DNA of 64,000 nucleotides, taken from positions 8,847 through 72,846 of the forward strand of contig CAMEWH010000003.1 in the NCBI GenBank assembly GCA_945940335.1, written 5' to 3'. Position numbers and translations under genes: made by a program. The DNA is from an uncultured Clostridia bacterium (lineage in GTDB: Bacteria > Bacillota > Clostridia > Oscillospirales > Oscillospiraceae). The notes below the pieces were generated by a model. The model did not search any database. It was not told the DNA's origin and was given only the letters and a program-made list of their open reading frames with translations. Position 1 is the first letter of the stretch, and each line of letters opens with the position of its first letter. Below are positions 38,504 to 48,574 of the stretch, in pieces.

Positions 38504-39988
38504 ATGAAGATACGAACCATCATCACCCAGGATGCGGAAGTGGATGACCAGAATTCCCTCCGGCATTTCCTGTTCTACAGCAATGAGGTGGAGCTGCAGG
38601 GCATTGTGCAGACCTCTTCCAAATTCCATTGGAAGGGTGTCCCCGGCGCCCAAAAGGCAGGGGTTTCCAACATCAATGATTTTGCCGATGATCCCCATGA
38701 AGGCGGTTTCGACCAGCCCTACCGCTGGCCCGGAACGGACTGGATGTTCCGGGTAATCGATGACTATGAAAAAGACTACGCCAATCTGGTGAAGCACGCT
38801 GATGGTTATCCCACACCGGACTATCTTCGGTCCATAACCAAAGTGGGCAATATCGGATACAGGAGTGAGGTTGAGGCTCCCACAGAGGGCTCCGAGCTGA
38901 TCCGCAAAGCCATTTTGGATGACGACGAGCGAACGCTGTATCTGCAGGTCTGGGGCGGCTGCAACACCATCGTCAGGGCCCTGATGGACATTGAGGCGGA
39001 ATTCTCTCAGACGCCTCAGTGGCCGGAACTCCATGAGCGGCTCACAAAGAAAATCGTCATCACCGCCTGCGGTGAGCAGGACGAGACCTACCGCACCTAC
39101 ATGGCCGAGCAGTGGCCGGGAATCCTCTTTGTAAAAACCCTGCAAATGGGCAGCTATGCCTATCCCTGGCCCCGGATGCCGGAGGGAGAGAGCAAAGACA
39201 CCCTCCGGGCGGAATTTATGAAGCGGGAAATTCTGGGCGGTAAGAGCGCTCTGGCCGGCGGCTACTGCACCTGGCTGGACGGCGTATACTACGAAGGGGA
39301 GGTGCAGGAATCCCAGTTCGGCGCCAATCCCAACATCGCAGAGGAGTGGTTTGGCGCGCACTTCGGTATGAGCGCCGGAGAACCCTACGACTTTCTGTCC
39401 GAAGGTGATTCGCCCACATTCTTCCCGCTTTTTGATTGGGGCTTCCGCACCCTGGAGGACTTTTCCTACGGCGGCATCTCCGGGCGGTATCACCGGGTGA
39501 ACGGAGAGGTGAATTCCAAGGGAGAGCCGCTCAACATCTGGGACGTGTCCAAGGATATTTACATTGACCGGGAGGGCAAGGCCCATGAAACCGAGTCCAT
39601 GTGGCCCTATGTTGCGGATATCCAGCGGGATTTTGCCGCCAGAGTGGCATGGGCCGATGCAGACGCCTATGAAAAGGGAGAACATGCCCCTTCCCTGAAG
39701 ATCAAGGAGGGAGTGGATATCACCGCCCGGCCGGGACAAACCCTGACCATCCACGCAGAGGCGGCATCAGCGGACGGCGGCGGGGTTCAGACCACCTTCC
39801 GAATCTACCGGGAGGCCAGCGCCGCCTGGGCGCAGGAGGCCTGTCTGGTGCCCCAGGGAGAGGAAGCGATGCTGACGATTCCTTCTCAGGCCGCCTCCGG
39901 AGACCGGCTGCACATCATTGTCAAGGCCCAGGCGGAAGGGCATCATCGGCTGGTGCACTACCAGCAGGTGATTGTCACCATCGCGTAA
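38504..39988 (+). CDS. DUF1593 (nucleoside hydrolase-like/Sde182-like) protein
   Basis: D.EVDD..SL..FL.Y.N, WGG.NT, EGDSP.F, DFAAR..W motifs. Confidence 0.82.
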   Translation: MKIRTIITQDAEVDDQNSLRHFLFYSNEVELQGIVQTSSKFHWKGVPGAQKAGVSNINDFADDPHEGGFDQPYRWPGTDWMFRVIDDYEKDYANLVKHADGYPTPDYLRSITKVGNIGYRSEVEAPTEGSELIRKAILDDDERTLYLQVWGGCNTIVRALMDIEAEFSQTPQWPELHERLTKKIVITACGEQDETYRTYMAEQWPGILFVKTLQMGSYAYPWPRMPEGESKDTLRAEFMKREILGGKSALAGGYCTWLDGVYYEGEVQESQFGANPNIAEEWFGAHFGMSAGEPYDFLSEGDSPTFFPLFDWGFRTLEDFSYGGISGRYHRVNGEVNSKGEPLNIWDVSKDIYIDREGKAHETESMWPYVADIQRDFAARVAWADADAYEKGEHAPSLKIKEGVDITARPGQTLTIHAEAASADGGGVQTTFRIYREASAAWAQEACLVPQGEEAMLTIPSQAASGDRLHIIVKAQAEGHHRLVHYQQVIVTIA

Positions 39989-40009
39989 TCCGAGGGTGGG
40001 GTAAGAGCC

Positions 40010-40645
40010 ATGTCCTTGAATATTGACAGCCCCCTGGGAAAAATTCTGACCAAGCTGCTGGATCTGGTGGTGCTTCAGGTGCTCTTTGTTGTTACCAGCA
40101 TCCCGGTGGTTACCATCGGTGCCGGCCTCAGCGCCATGTTTGCCGTGTGCCGCAAGCTGCGGCAGGAGGATGTGGTACCGGTTACCAAGACCTATTTCCG
40201 GGAGTTTAAAGCCTGCTTCGGCAAGGCAACGGCGGCGTGGTTGATTCTCGCTCCCGCTGCTGCCCTGTTGGGGATTTCCATCAGCTATTACTACCATGCC
40301 CCACTGGCGCTGCGGATTGTCCCGCTGGTGATTGCCGGAGTGCTGCTGGTGCTGGTCTGGCTGGCGTTTGTGTATGTGTTTCCTCTGATTGCCTGGTTTG
40401 ACAACGGCCTGCGGGCGCATTTCAGAAACGCTTTTGTTCTCTCCATCTGCCACTTTTGGACGACGGTGGTGGTAACCCTGCTGTATGCCTTTGTGTTCCT
40501 TCTGGCGGTGCCGTTGCTGCCCATTGTGCTGCTGATTGCCTTCAGTGGAAGCGCTTTTTATGCAGGGCTGTGCTTCGAAAAGGTTTTCGCCAAATATGAT
40601 CCTTCCGCCGCGCCCCCGGCCCCGGAATCCGGAGAGGAGCAGTAA
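40010..40645 (+). CDS. YesL/DUF624 family membrane protein
   Basis: LF...SIPV.TIGA...A, YF..FK..F, Y.FPL.A.F. Confidence 0.85.
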   Translation: MSLNIDSPLGKILTKLLDLVVLQVLFVVTSIPVVTIGAGLSAMFAVCRKLRQEDVVPVTKTYFREFKACFGKATAAWLILAPAAALLGISISYYYHAPLALRIVPLVIAGVLLVLVWLAFVYVFPLIAWFDNGLRAHFRNAFVLSICHFWTTVVVTLLYAFVFLLAVPLLPIVLLIAFSGSAFYAGLCFEKVFAKYDPSAAPPAPESGEEQ

Positions 40646-41062
40646 TGCGAAAGGGTTCTCCGCAGCAATTTCGTGTTACTTAATATTTAGTAAATTGTCG
40701 AAAACGATTTCGCGATTTTTACCCCGATTGTTTGCCAATGCAAAGAATAATTCCCGGGCTTCGGTCCGGGAAATTATTCATTTATTTTCCGTTAAAGTTC
40801 GAAAATAATAGAATGTTGAGAACGAATACGATTTTATAATTCAATAAAATTAAGTAAGCGGAATCAAAAAAATTATCACAAAAAGTGGAAACGCCTTCGA
40901 TTATGTCAAAGTGTACAAAATTAGAGGCGTATTTTTTACTAAATAATTTAGAGAAAATACTTGACCAAATTCAGGGATAATGTTATCATTTTATTAACGG
41001 CAAACCACAGGCGACTCCGGCCAAGGCCCAATGATAGTCCATCATATGAAAGGATGACCGTA

Positions 41063-42010
41063 ATGACCAAGCTAAAAACCAGGGCGGTCCAAAGCCCGCT
41101 ACAGCGCAAAACGCTCAGAGATGTCCGTGCCCATTGGCAGATCTATCTCATCATCCTGCTGCCCATCGTCTGGTATGTTATTTTCGCGTACATGCCCATG
41201 GCAGGCCTGCAGCTGGCCTTCAAGAAGTACATGCCCCGGCGGGGCATCTGGGGAAGCCCCTTCACCGGGTTGACCAACTTCAAAAATGTGTTCGTCGATC
41301 CGGACTTCATGCGTTCGATCTGGCGCACCCTCTCCATCAACCTGCTGCGTTTGGTATTTGTGTTCCCTGTTCCCATCATCCTGGCGCTGCTGCTCAATGA
41401 GCTGGGCGGCAAGAAATACAAGAGTACCCTGCAGACGATCATGACCTTCCCCAACTTCCTGAGCTGGGTTATCGTCTCCTCCATTCTCACCACCGTCCTG
41501 TCCAGTGATGGCCTGGTGAACTCCATTCTGCGGGCCATCGGGCTGTCCTCGGTGAACTTCCTGGGAAGCGAATCCCTGTTCCAGCCCATGCTGTACATCA
41601 CCGACATCTGGAAAAGCTCCGGCTGGAGCATGATCGTGTATCTGGCCGCCATCTCCGGCATCGACCAGGATCAGTATGAGGCCGCGGAGCTGGACGGCGC
41701 CAGCCACTTCCAGAAGCTGATCCACATCACCCTGCCTAACCTGATGCCTACCATCATCATCATGTTCATCCTGGCAACGGGCAACCTGATGAGCGCCGGC
41801 TTCGATCAGATCTTCAATCTGAGCAATGCTGCCACAAAGAATGTGGCGGAGACGCTGGATATGTACATCTACCGCATTACCTTCCAGTCCGCTCCCAATT
41901 ACGGCTTGTCCACTGCCATCTCCCTCATGCGTTCCGTGGTCAACATGGTGCTTCTGCTGCTGGCTGACCGTGGCGCCAAACTCATGGGCGGCAACGGCCT
42001 GTTCGGCTGA
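41063..42010 (+). CDS. Polysaccharide-oligomer ABC permease (LplB/YteP-like)
   Basis: Y.PM.G...AFK.Y, P.FLSWV, YEAA.LDGA. Confidence 0.92.
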   Translation: MTKLKTRAVQSPLQRKTLRDVRAHWQIYLIILLPIVWYVIFAYMPMAGLQLAFKKYMPRRGIWGSPFTGLTNFKNVFVDPDFMRSIWRTLSINLLRLVFVFPVPIILALLLNELGGKKYKSTLQTIMTFPNFLSWVIVSSILTTVLSSDGLVNSILRAIGLSSVNFLGSESLFQPMLYITDIWKSSGWSMIVYLAAISGIDQDQYEAAELDGASHFQKLIHITLPNLMPTIIIMFILATGNLMSAGFDQIFNLSNAATKNVAETLDMYIYRITFQSAPNYGLSTAISLMRSVVNMVLLLLADRGAKLMGGNGLFG

Positions 42011-42041
42011 TCGGCCTTCACACGGAAAGGAGTGTTTCCAT

Positions 42042-42935
42042 ATGGCAAGAACTGTAAAACTAAAAAAGCGGAAGGATCCCCTGGAGATTATCGCTTTCAT
42101 CATTCTGACCCTGTTCGGACTGATCATCGCCGTCCCGTTCTACAATGTGCTGATTGTATCCATCACCGGTCAGGCGGAATACCTGCGTGCCGGCGGTCTG
42201 CTGCTGTTCCCCAAGGAGCCCACGCTGGATTCCTTCTCCCGCCTGTTCCAGAACAAGCTGCTGTGGACCGGCTACCGCGCCACCCTGTCCGTGGTGGCGG
42301 TGGGCCTGCCCCTGAACGTGCTGCTGACCTTCTGCATGGCCTACGGCCTGAGCCGCAAGGGCTGGCCCGGCCGGAAGATCGTGTTCACCCTGGTGCTGAT
42401 CACCATGATCTTCAACGGCGGCATCGTTCCCATGTACCTGCTGATGAAGGACCTGAAGCTGCTGGACAGCTGGTGGTCCGTCATCCTGGCCGGCGGCCTG
42501 AATACCTTTTATGTCATCATCACCAAGAATTTCATCGACAGCCTGCCCGAATCCCTGATTGAGTCCGCCCATCTGGACGGTGCCAATGAATGGACGGTGC
42601 TGTTCAAGATTGTCATGCCCCTGTCCAAGCCCATCCTTGCCACCATCGTGCTGTTCTACGCCGTGGACCGGTGGAACGAGTGGTACAATTCCATGATTTT
42701 CCTGACCACCCCCACCAAGTTCACCCTGCAGCTGGTTCTGCGCAACATCGTCATCAACTCCGAGATGCAGGGCGCCGCGGCCTCTTCCGGCAACGTCACC
42801 GCCTCTGCCGCCACCTTCTCCATGGGCATTAAAATGTGTGCCGTCATCATGACCATGCTGCCCATCATGTGCGTATATCCCTTCCTGCAAAAGCATTTTG
42901 CCAAGGGCATCATGCTGGGCGCCATCAAAGCGTAA
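42042..42935 (+). CDS. ABC permease (LplC/YtcP-like)
   Basis: TM.F.GG.VP.Y, ESA.LDGA, YPFLQKHF.KG...GAIK. Confidence 0.92.
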   Translation: MARTVKLKKRKDPLEIIAFIILTLFGLIIAVPFYNVLIVSITGQAEYLRAGGLLLFPKEPTLDSFSRLFQNKLLWTGYRATLSVVAVGLPLNVLLTFCMAYGLSRKGWPGRKIVFTLVLITMIFNGGIVPMYLLMKDLKLLDSWWSVILAGGLNTFYVIITKNFIDSLPESLIESAHLDGANEWTVLFKIVMPLSKPILATIVLFYAVDRWNEWYNSMIFLTTPTKFTLQLVLRNIVINSEMQGAAASSGNVTASAATFSMGIKMCAVIMTMLPIMCVYPFLQKHFAKGIMLGAIKA

Positions 42936-42995
42936 GCAATTCATTTGTACTTATGGCATCGGAAAGATGCCAGAAAATAAAGGAGGAACACACCT

Positions 42996-44549
42996 ATGAA
43001 AAGAATCCTTAGCATGCTGCTGATGCTGGTAATGCTGCTTTCCGTAGCTGCACCCACCATCACCGCAAACGCCGCATCCGACCACATGACGATTTCCTGG
43101 ACGGAAGTCATTGAGCAGGACGAAGGCACCGACTACACCCAGGACGCCATCTACAAGACCTTTGCCGAGAAGTTCAACGTGGACTTCGACATCCGTCCCC
43201 TGACCTGGGGCAACTGGACCACCAATGTCAACCTGTACATCAACGGTATGAACCTGCCCGACGTGACCAACTGGTTCTTCAACTACACCGACTACTCCAA
43301 CTATGTGGAGCAGGAGCTGCTGTACAAGCTGCCCGCCGACTGGCAGGAGCGTTGGCCCGGCGTGGCTGAGGTCTACGCAAAGACCGGCCTGAGCGGCGTT
43401 CTGGAGGACGAGAACGGCGACATCTTCTGCCTGCCCGTGCCCGTTTACTTCAACAACAAGCCCGTTGAGAAGATGCCCACCCACCTGCAGGTCTATGCCC
43501 GGAAGGATTGGATCGAGCAGGTCACCGGCGAAGAAGTGAAGACCCACTACACCTTCTCCGAAATGATGGACATTGCCCGCAAGCTGAAGGAAGCCAACCC
43601 CGCCGGTGTGGAGAACTTCTACCCCATCACCTGCTACACCAACATGCTGATCCAGGGCCTGGCCTATGCCGGCTACGAGCACATTTCCGCCGGTTACGAC
43701 ATCTACCTGGGCGAAGACGGCCAGTACCACTGGGGCCCCGGGGATGAGCAGACCTACGAGACCCTGAAGATTCTGCAGGATGCCTGGAAGGAAGGCCTGA
43801 TTGATCCCGAGTTCTACACCCTGAACCAGGGCGAGGACGAGGACAAGATGACCATTGCCCACTCCACCGCCATGTTCTGCGCCGGCGGCCTGGCTGCCAA
43901 CTACATCCTGTTCACCAACGAGCAGCTGTCCTCCGGTCTGAATCCCGACGAGAGCCTGTGCTCCTTCTTCGTCACCGACGACAACGGCGTTTACCACTCC
44001 GCCGAAGCCACCAACTACTTTGGCGCCCTGATTTTCAACCCCGATCTGGACGACGAGAAGTTCGAGCGCATCATGGACATCATTGAGTTCTCCCTGTCCG
44101 TGGAGGGCCAGGATCTGATTCACCTGGGCATCGAGGGTGTGGACTTCACCAAGAACGAAGACGGCACCTACAACATGCTCCATGAGTACACCACCAGCGA
44201 CCTGTATCCTTCCAACCGCTTCTTCTGCACTCTGGCCTCCCGTGCCGACGACTTCTCCATCATCAACCCCTCCTTCCTGGCAAAGGCTACTTCCAAGCAG
44301 CAGGAGCAGTATGTTGAGAAGTTTAGCCTGCTGGATAACAGCTTGGGCGAGATCGACTTCAACTACTCCTTCTATGCCTCCGATGCCAAGACCCGTCTGG
44401 GTGCTGTTCAGGCTGCTTACATCGATGATTATGCCAACCTGATCACCAAGGAAGGCGACCTGCGGGCCAACTGGGAAGCCTGGTGCGCCGACAAGATGGG
44501 AATTGTTCAGCCCGTCATTGATGAAATGAACGCAAGAATCGCAAAGTAA
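42996..44549 (+). CDS. Extracellular solute-binding protein (LplA-like)
   Basis: Signal peptide; RKDW, G.IDPE and G.EG motifs; follows two permeases. Confidence 0.85.
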   Translation: MKRILSMLLMLVMLLSVAAPTITANAASDHMTISWTEVIEQDEGTDYTQDAIYKTFAEKFNVDFDIRPLTWGNWTTNVNLYINGMNLPDVTNWFFNYTDYSNYVEQELLYKLPADWQERWPGVAEVYAKTGLSGVLEDENGDIFCLPVPVYFNNKPVEKMPTHLQVYARKDWIEQVTGEEVKTHYTFSEMMDIARKLKEANPAGVENFYPITCYTNMLIQGLAYAGYEHISAGYDIYLGEDGQYHWGPGDEQTYETLKILQDAWKEGLIDPEFYTLNQGEDEDKMTIAHSTAMFCAGGLAANYILFTNEQLSSGLNPDESLCSFFVTDDNGVYHSAEATNYFGALIFNPDLDDEKFERIMDIIEFSLSVEGQDLIHLGIEGVDFTKNEDGTYNMLHEYTTSDLYPSNRFFCTLASRADDFSIINPSFLAKATSKQQEQYVEKFSLLDNSLGEIDFNYSFYASDAKTRLGAVQAAYIDDYANLITKEGDLRANWEAWCADKMGIVQPVIDEMNARIAK

Positions 44550-44562
44550 TATCCCGATTTGC

Positions 44563-44600
44563 GGGCGTGCGGCAGCTTAGCCTTGCCGCACGCCCATTTC
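44563..44600 (+). terminator. Hairpin after the solute-binding protein gene
   Basis: GGGCGTGCGGCA/TGCCGCACGCCC. Confidence 0.55.
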
Positions 44601-44685
44601 ATAGACAAAACCGCTGTTTTTCGTCAGCCAAGGTACGGCTTTGGCTGACGAGAGACCACGTTTACGGATACAGGAGGAATGCCGG

Positions 44686-46197
44686 ATGCAGTTAATTGAG
44701 AAATATGGAATGTATGAGATCACCATGCCAGGACGGGGCATTACCCTGCCGGAATGTACTTTTACTAACGGCGGAACCTCCGTCACCGTGCAGGGCTTCT
44801 GCGAGAACGCCGACCATGCAGCCGTCCGTTTCATGCCGACGGAAACCGGTCTCTGGAAATGTACCATGCGCTGGGAGGGGCAGACGCGGCAGGATCAATT
44901 TGAATGCGTTCCAAACACGGGAAATAACCACGGCCCCGTGCGGCCGGATGGGATGCACTTCCGATATGACGATGGCACCCGCTATATCCCCTTTGGCACG
45001 ACCTGCTATGCCTGGATTCACCAGCTGCCGGAGGTGATTTCCCAGACGCTGGATACGCTGAAATCGTCTCCCTTCAACAAACTGCGCATGTGCGTGTTCC
45101 CCAAGAGCATGCCCTACAATCAGAATGATCCCGCTTTCTATCCCTTTGAGCGCAGGGAAGACGGAACCTGGGATGTCTCCCGCCCCGACCAGCGCTATTG
45201 GAACCACCTGGACAAGATGCTGACGAAGCTGCAGGAGCTGAACATTGAGGCGGATTTGATTCTGTTCCATCCCTATGACCGCTGGGGCTTTTCCACCATG
45301 CCCCAGCAGGATAATCTGACCTATCTGAACTATGCCATCCGCAGGCTGTCGGCCTACCGGAATCTCTGGTGGAGCCTGAGCAATGAATATGAGTTCAGCT
45401 TTTCCAAAACCATCGCCGATTGGGATCAGTTCGGTGAGATGATCGCGGCCCAGGACCCCTACCGCCACATGCTGGGCGCCCACAACTGGATTACCCCCTA
45501 TCCCAAGCGGGATTGGATGACCCATGTCTCTTACCAGGGAAAGGATGCGGCGGCAATTTTTGACATTCGGGAGGAATACCAAATTCCCGTCATCGATGAT
45601 GAGTGCGGCTACGAAGGGGACATCGAATTCGGCTGGGGCAATCTGAGCTGCCGGGAATTTATGGACCGGGTGTGGACCATAACCGCGTTTGGCTGTTATG
45701 CCATGCACGGCGAAACCTTCCACCGGGAGGATGAGGTGCTCTGGTGGGCGAAGGGCGGCAGGCTATACGGGCAGGCGCCCGCGCGCATCCGTTTCCTGCG
45801 GGAGGTGTTGGAGAGCCTGCCGGGCCCCATGGAACCGGCCTGCACCGAAGCGGTCCGGGACCCCAACGGCAATGCTTCCAGCGAAGGACAGAAGAAATTG
45901 ATTCAGAAAATCTGGGAGATGAACTCCGAAAAGGCGAGAAATCAGATCCGCAAGGAAATGATGCGCCCCATCGGCTGCCATCCTGACTACCGCCTGATTT
46001 ACCTGGGCAGCAGCGCCCAGAGCCTTTATACCCTTTCGCTTCCGGAAAAGGGAAGCTACCGGGCAGAGATCATTGATACGATGGCAATGGAGCGCCGGGA
46101 GGCAGTGTCCGGGGTACACGGCACCATCCGTCTGGGACTGCCCGGGAAAGAGGGCATTGCCATCCTGATTACACGCCTGAGCGGTGAACCGCTGTAA
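44686..46197 (+). CDS. DUF5060/DUF4038/DUF5605 putative glycoside hydrolase (GH140 apiosidase-like fold)
   Basis: RFMP...G.W, GTTCYAW, PFNK.RMCVFPK, ADLILFHPYDRW, WWSL.NEY, DEC.YEG. Confidence 0.8.
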   Translation: MQLIEKYGMYEITMPGRGITLPECTFTNGGTSVTVQGFCENADHAAVRFMPTETGLWKCTMRWEGQTRQDQFECVPNTGNNHGPVRPDGMHFRYDDGTRYIPFGTTCYAWIHQLPEVISQTLDTLKSSPFNKLRMCVFPKSMPYNQNDPAFYPFERREDGTWDVSRPDQRYWNHLDKMLTKLQELNIEADLILFHPYDRWGFSTMPQQDNLTYLNYAIRRLSAYRNLWWSLSNEYEFSFSKTIADWDQFGEMIAAQDPYRHMLGAHNWITPYPKRDWMTHVSYQGKDAAAIFDIREEYQIPVIDDECGYEGDIEFGWGNLSCREFMDRVWTITAFGCYAMHGETFHREDEVLWWAKGGRLYGQAPARIRFLREVLESLPGPMEPACTEAVRDPNGNASSEGQKKLIQKIWEMNSEKARNQIRKEMMRPIGCHPDYRLIYLGSSAQSLYTLSLPEKGSYRAEIIDTMAMERREAVSGVHGTIRLGLPGKEGIAILITRLSGEPL

Positions 46198-46223
46198 TAA
46201 ACAAAGATTTGGAGGTCAATTCT

Positions 46224-47678
46224 ATGAAGCTGACAGACGTTCAATACATCCCCACAACCGAAACCTCCTGGCCCTTTGGCCGGGCGGCCATTGCCTGCGA
46301 TTTTGATCATCTAGGCTATGTGGAAAAGGAATACTTCTTCTCCGGCCTGGCCCGAATTTATCAGGAACTGCCTCACGGTAAAGCAGGGGTCATTTTTGAA
46401 GGTGCGCCCTATACCAACCGGGTGATTTTCCGCATGCCTGCCGACCCTGCCAAATTCAGCGGCAATGTGGTGATTGAAATTCTGAATTCCACCGCCGGAA
46501 TCGACATTGACCGCATTTGGATCAATACCTGGAAGTATCTGACCCGCAGCGGCGATGCTTACGTGGGCATCACCAGCCGGGGCAATGTGCTGGATGCACT
46601 GAATCGCTTCGACCCGGAGCGTTATGCCCCCCTGAGCTGGGCCAATCCGCTGCCCCAGCGGAAAGCACCTGAGAATGCACCCAAGGAGGGGCCCTTCCGC
46701 TTCCGTCCGGAGCAGGAAATGGGTCTGTTCTGGGATATGCTGGAGGACTGCACCCGGCTGCTGCTTTCCGATTCCCCGGACAATCCTCTGAAGGCGTATC
46801 CCAACCGCCGCATCTTCCTCTCTGGCTGGTCCCAGTCCACCAGCTATATTGCCCGATATTTGAAAACCTTCTATGACGAAGCCGATCCCATTTACGCCGG
46901 CTACTTCTCCGCAGGCGGCGGCTGCGTGCCCATGGGCCTGAATGCCTATGAACCCCAGGTGCCTCCCTTCCAGGCGGACGGCGTTCCTACCGGGTCTGTG
47001 ATGGGCGCAGCGGAGCCGGTCATTGCCGTGAATACGGAGAGCGAAAACCGGCTGGCCTACTGGTACGGCGATTTCGACGAACCCCGCTTCAAATTCCGCA
47101 CCTATCAGATTCCCGGCTCCAGCCACGACAGCAAGTACAACCTGTTCGATTACTACGGCCTGGACCCCTATATGACCTCCAAGCAGATCATGCACCGGGA
47201 GGCAAAATTCCTGGACGGAGAAAACCTGGACTACCCCTATGAGCCCATTTTCTGCGCAGCAATGCGGAACCTGTTTGCTTGGGCAAATCAGGGAATTCCC
47301 GCCCCCCACGCTCCCAAGATTGAAACCAATATTGTCCGCGGCGCTTCCACGGACCCCCTTGGCACCGATGCCGACAACCTGACGGACGTATTCGGCAACA
47401 GCAAGGGAGGCATTCGCACCCCCGCCATCGACTATCCCACCGGCACCTATTGCAGCCACGCCATCAACGCCGACGGCAGTGTGTCCCCCATGTTCGGTAA
47501 GGTCAATCCCTTCTCACCGGAGAAGCTGAAGGTGCTCTATGGCAGCCTGGAAAACTACCGCCGTCTGGTGGAGCAGGGGGCCGAGCAGATGCAGGCGAAG
47601 GGCTTCCTGCTGCCCGAGGACAAGCAGGAACTGATTGACCGCATTGTGGCCACCGCCCGGGAGCGGGGCCTGGAATAA
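46224..47678 (+). CDS. Alpha/beta-hydrolase domain protein
   Basis: GY.E.EYF..G.A, P.D..KFSG.V..E, G-W-S-Q-S nucleophile elbow, GN..GGIR.P. Confidence 0.78.
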   Translation: MKLTDVQYIPTTETSWPFGRAAIACDFDHLGYVEKEYFFSGLARIYQELPHGKAGVIFEGAPYTNRVIFRMPADPAKFSGNVVIEILNSTAGIDIDRIWINTWKYLTRSGDAYVGITSRGNVLDALNRFDPERYAPLSWANPLPQRKAPENAPKEGPFRFRPEQEMGLFWDMLEDCTRLLLSDSPDNPLKAYPNRRIFLSGWSQSTSYIARYLKTFYDEADPIYAGYFSAGGGCVPMGLNAYEPQVPPFQADGVPTGSVMGAAEPVIAVNTESENRLAYWYGDFDEPRFKFRTYQIPGSSHDSKYNLFDYYGLDPYMTSKQIMHREAKFLDGENLDYPYEPIFCAAMRNLFAWANQGIPAPHAPKIETNIVRGASTDPLGTDADNLTDVFGNSKGGIRTPAIDYPTGTYCSHAINADGSVSPMFGKVNPFSPEKLKVLYGSLENYRRLVEQGAEQMQAKGFLLPEDKQELIDRIVATARERGLE

Positions 47679-47695
47679 GCAGGGAGGGAAGCACG

Positions 47696-48493
47696 ATGAA
47701 AATCCAACAGGTGATTGACAGAATCCTCGCCTACCATCCTGCCCTGCCCGCCGGACAGCCCACCTGCGACGGCTTCAAAAGCGGGGACCCCAACGCCGAG
47801 TGCACCGGCATTGCCGTCAGTGTCCAGGCCTCCGTCCAGGTAATCCGGGAAGCAGCAAAGCTTGGGGCAAATCTGCTGATTGTACACGAGCCCACCTTCT
47901 ATTCCCACATGGACCCCACCGACTGGCTGGAGGGGGACCCGGTTTTTGAGCAGAAAAAGGAACTGTTGGAGCAAACGGGAATCGCCGTCTGGCGGGATCA
48001 TGACCACATCCATGCCCACCGGCCGGACGGGATCATGACCGGCATTGCCGCCGAGCTGGGATGGACGGACTATCTGGAGGAGGATCGGGGCTTCCGCTCC
48101 AATTTCCTCCTGCCGGAGACAACGCCCCGGGCCATTGCCCAGGCCATGAAGGAGAAACTGGGGCTGAATGCCGTCCGTGTCATCGGCAACCTGGATGGCC
48201 CGGTTTCCAGAGTGGGGATGGTGGGTCACATCATCGGCCAGGAGCAGGAGATTACCCGGCGCATCCGGGAGGAAAACATCCACGTGGCCATCGCCCTGGA
48301 GGCACTGGACTGGACAACCAATTCTTACATCCGGGATGCCGGGGAGCTGGGGCTCCACAAGGCTCTGATTCTGGCCGGACACATGAACACCGAGGAGCTG
48401 GGCATGAAATGGGCGGTGAACTGGATTGGGGAGCTGGTACCGGAGCTGCCGGTCACCTTTGTCCCCTCCGCGGACCTATACCAGTACGTCTGA
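47696..48493 (+). CDS. Nif3-like dinuclear metal-centre protein
   Basis: D..K.GDP, HEPTFY, R.HDH.H, GH..TEE.GM. Confidence 0.88.
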   Translation: MKIQQVIDRILAYHPALPAGQPTCDGFKSGDPNAECTGIAVSVQASVQVIREAAKLGANLLIVHEPTFYSHMDPTDWLEGDPVFEQKKELLEQTGIAVWRDHDHIHAHRPDGIMTGIAAELGWTDYLEEDRGFRSNFLLPETTPRAIAQAMKEKLGLNAVRVIGNLDGPVSRVGMVGHIIGQEQEITRRIREENIHVAIALEALDWTTNSYIRDAGELGLHKALILAGHMNTEELGMKWAVNWIGELVPELPVTFVPSADLYQYV

Positions 48494-48518
48494 TTTTCGG
48501 AGAAGACCTCCGACGCAG

Positions 48519-48552
48519 TTGACAAATTCACTTAATTTTCGTAAAATTAAGT
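48519..48552 (+). promoter_or_regulatory. Sigma-A promoter overlapped by a palindromic operator
   Basis: TTGACA-17-TAAAAT; ACTTAATTTT-CGT-AAAATTAAGT at 48530-48552. Confidence 0.65.
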
Positions 48553-48574
48553 TGTATTCAGAAAGGAATCCATT

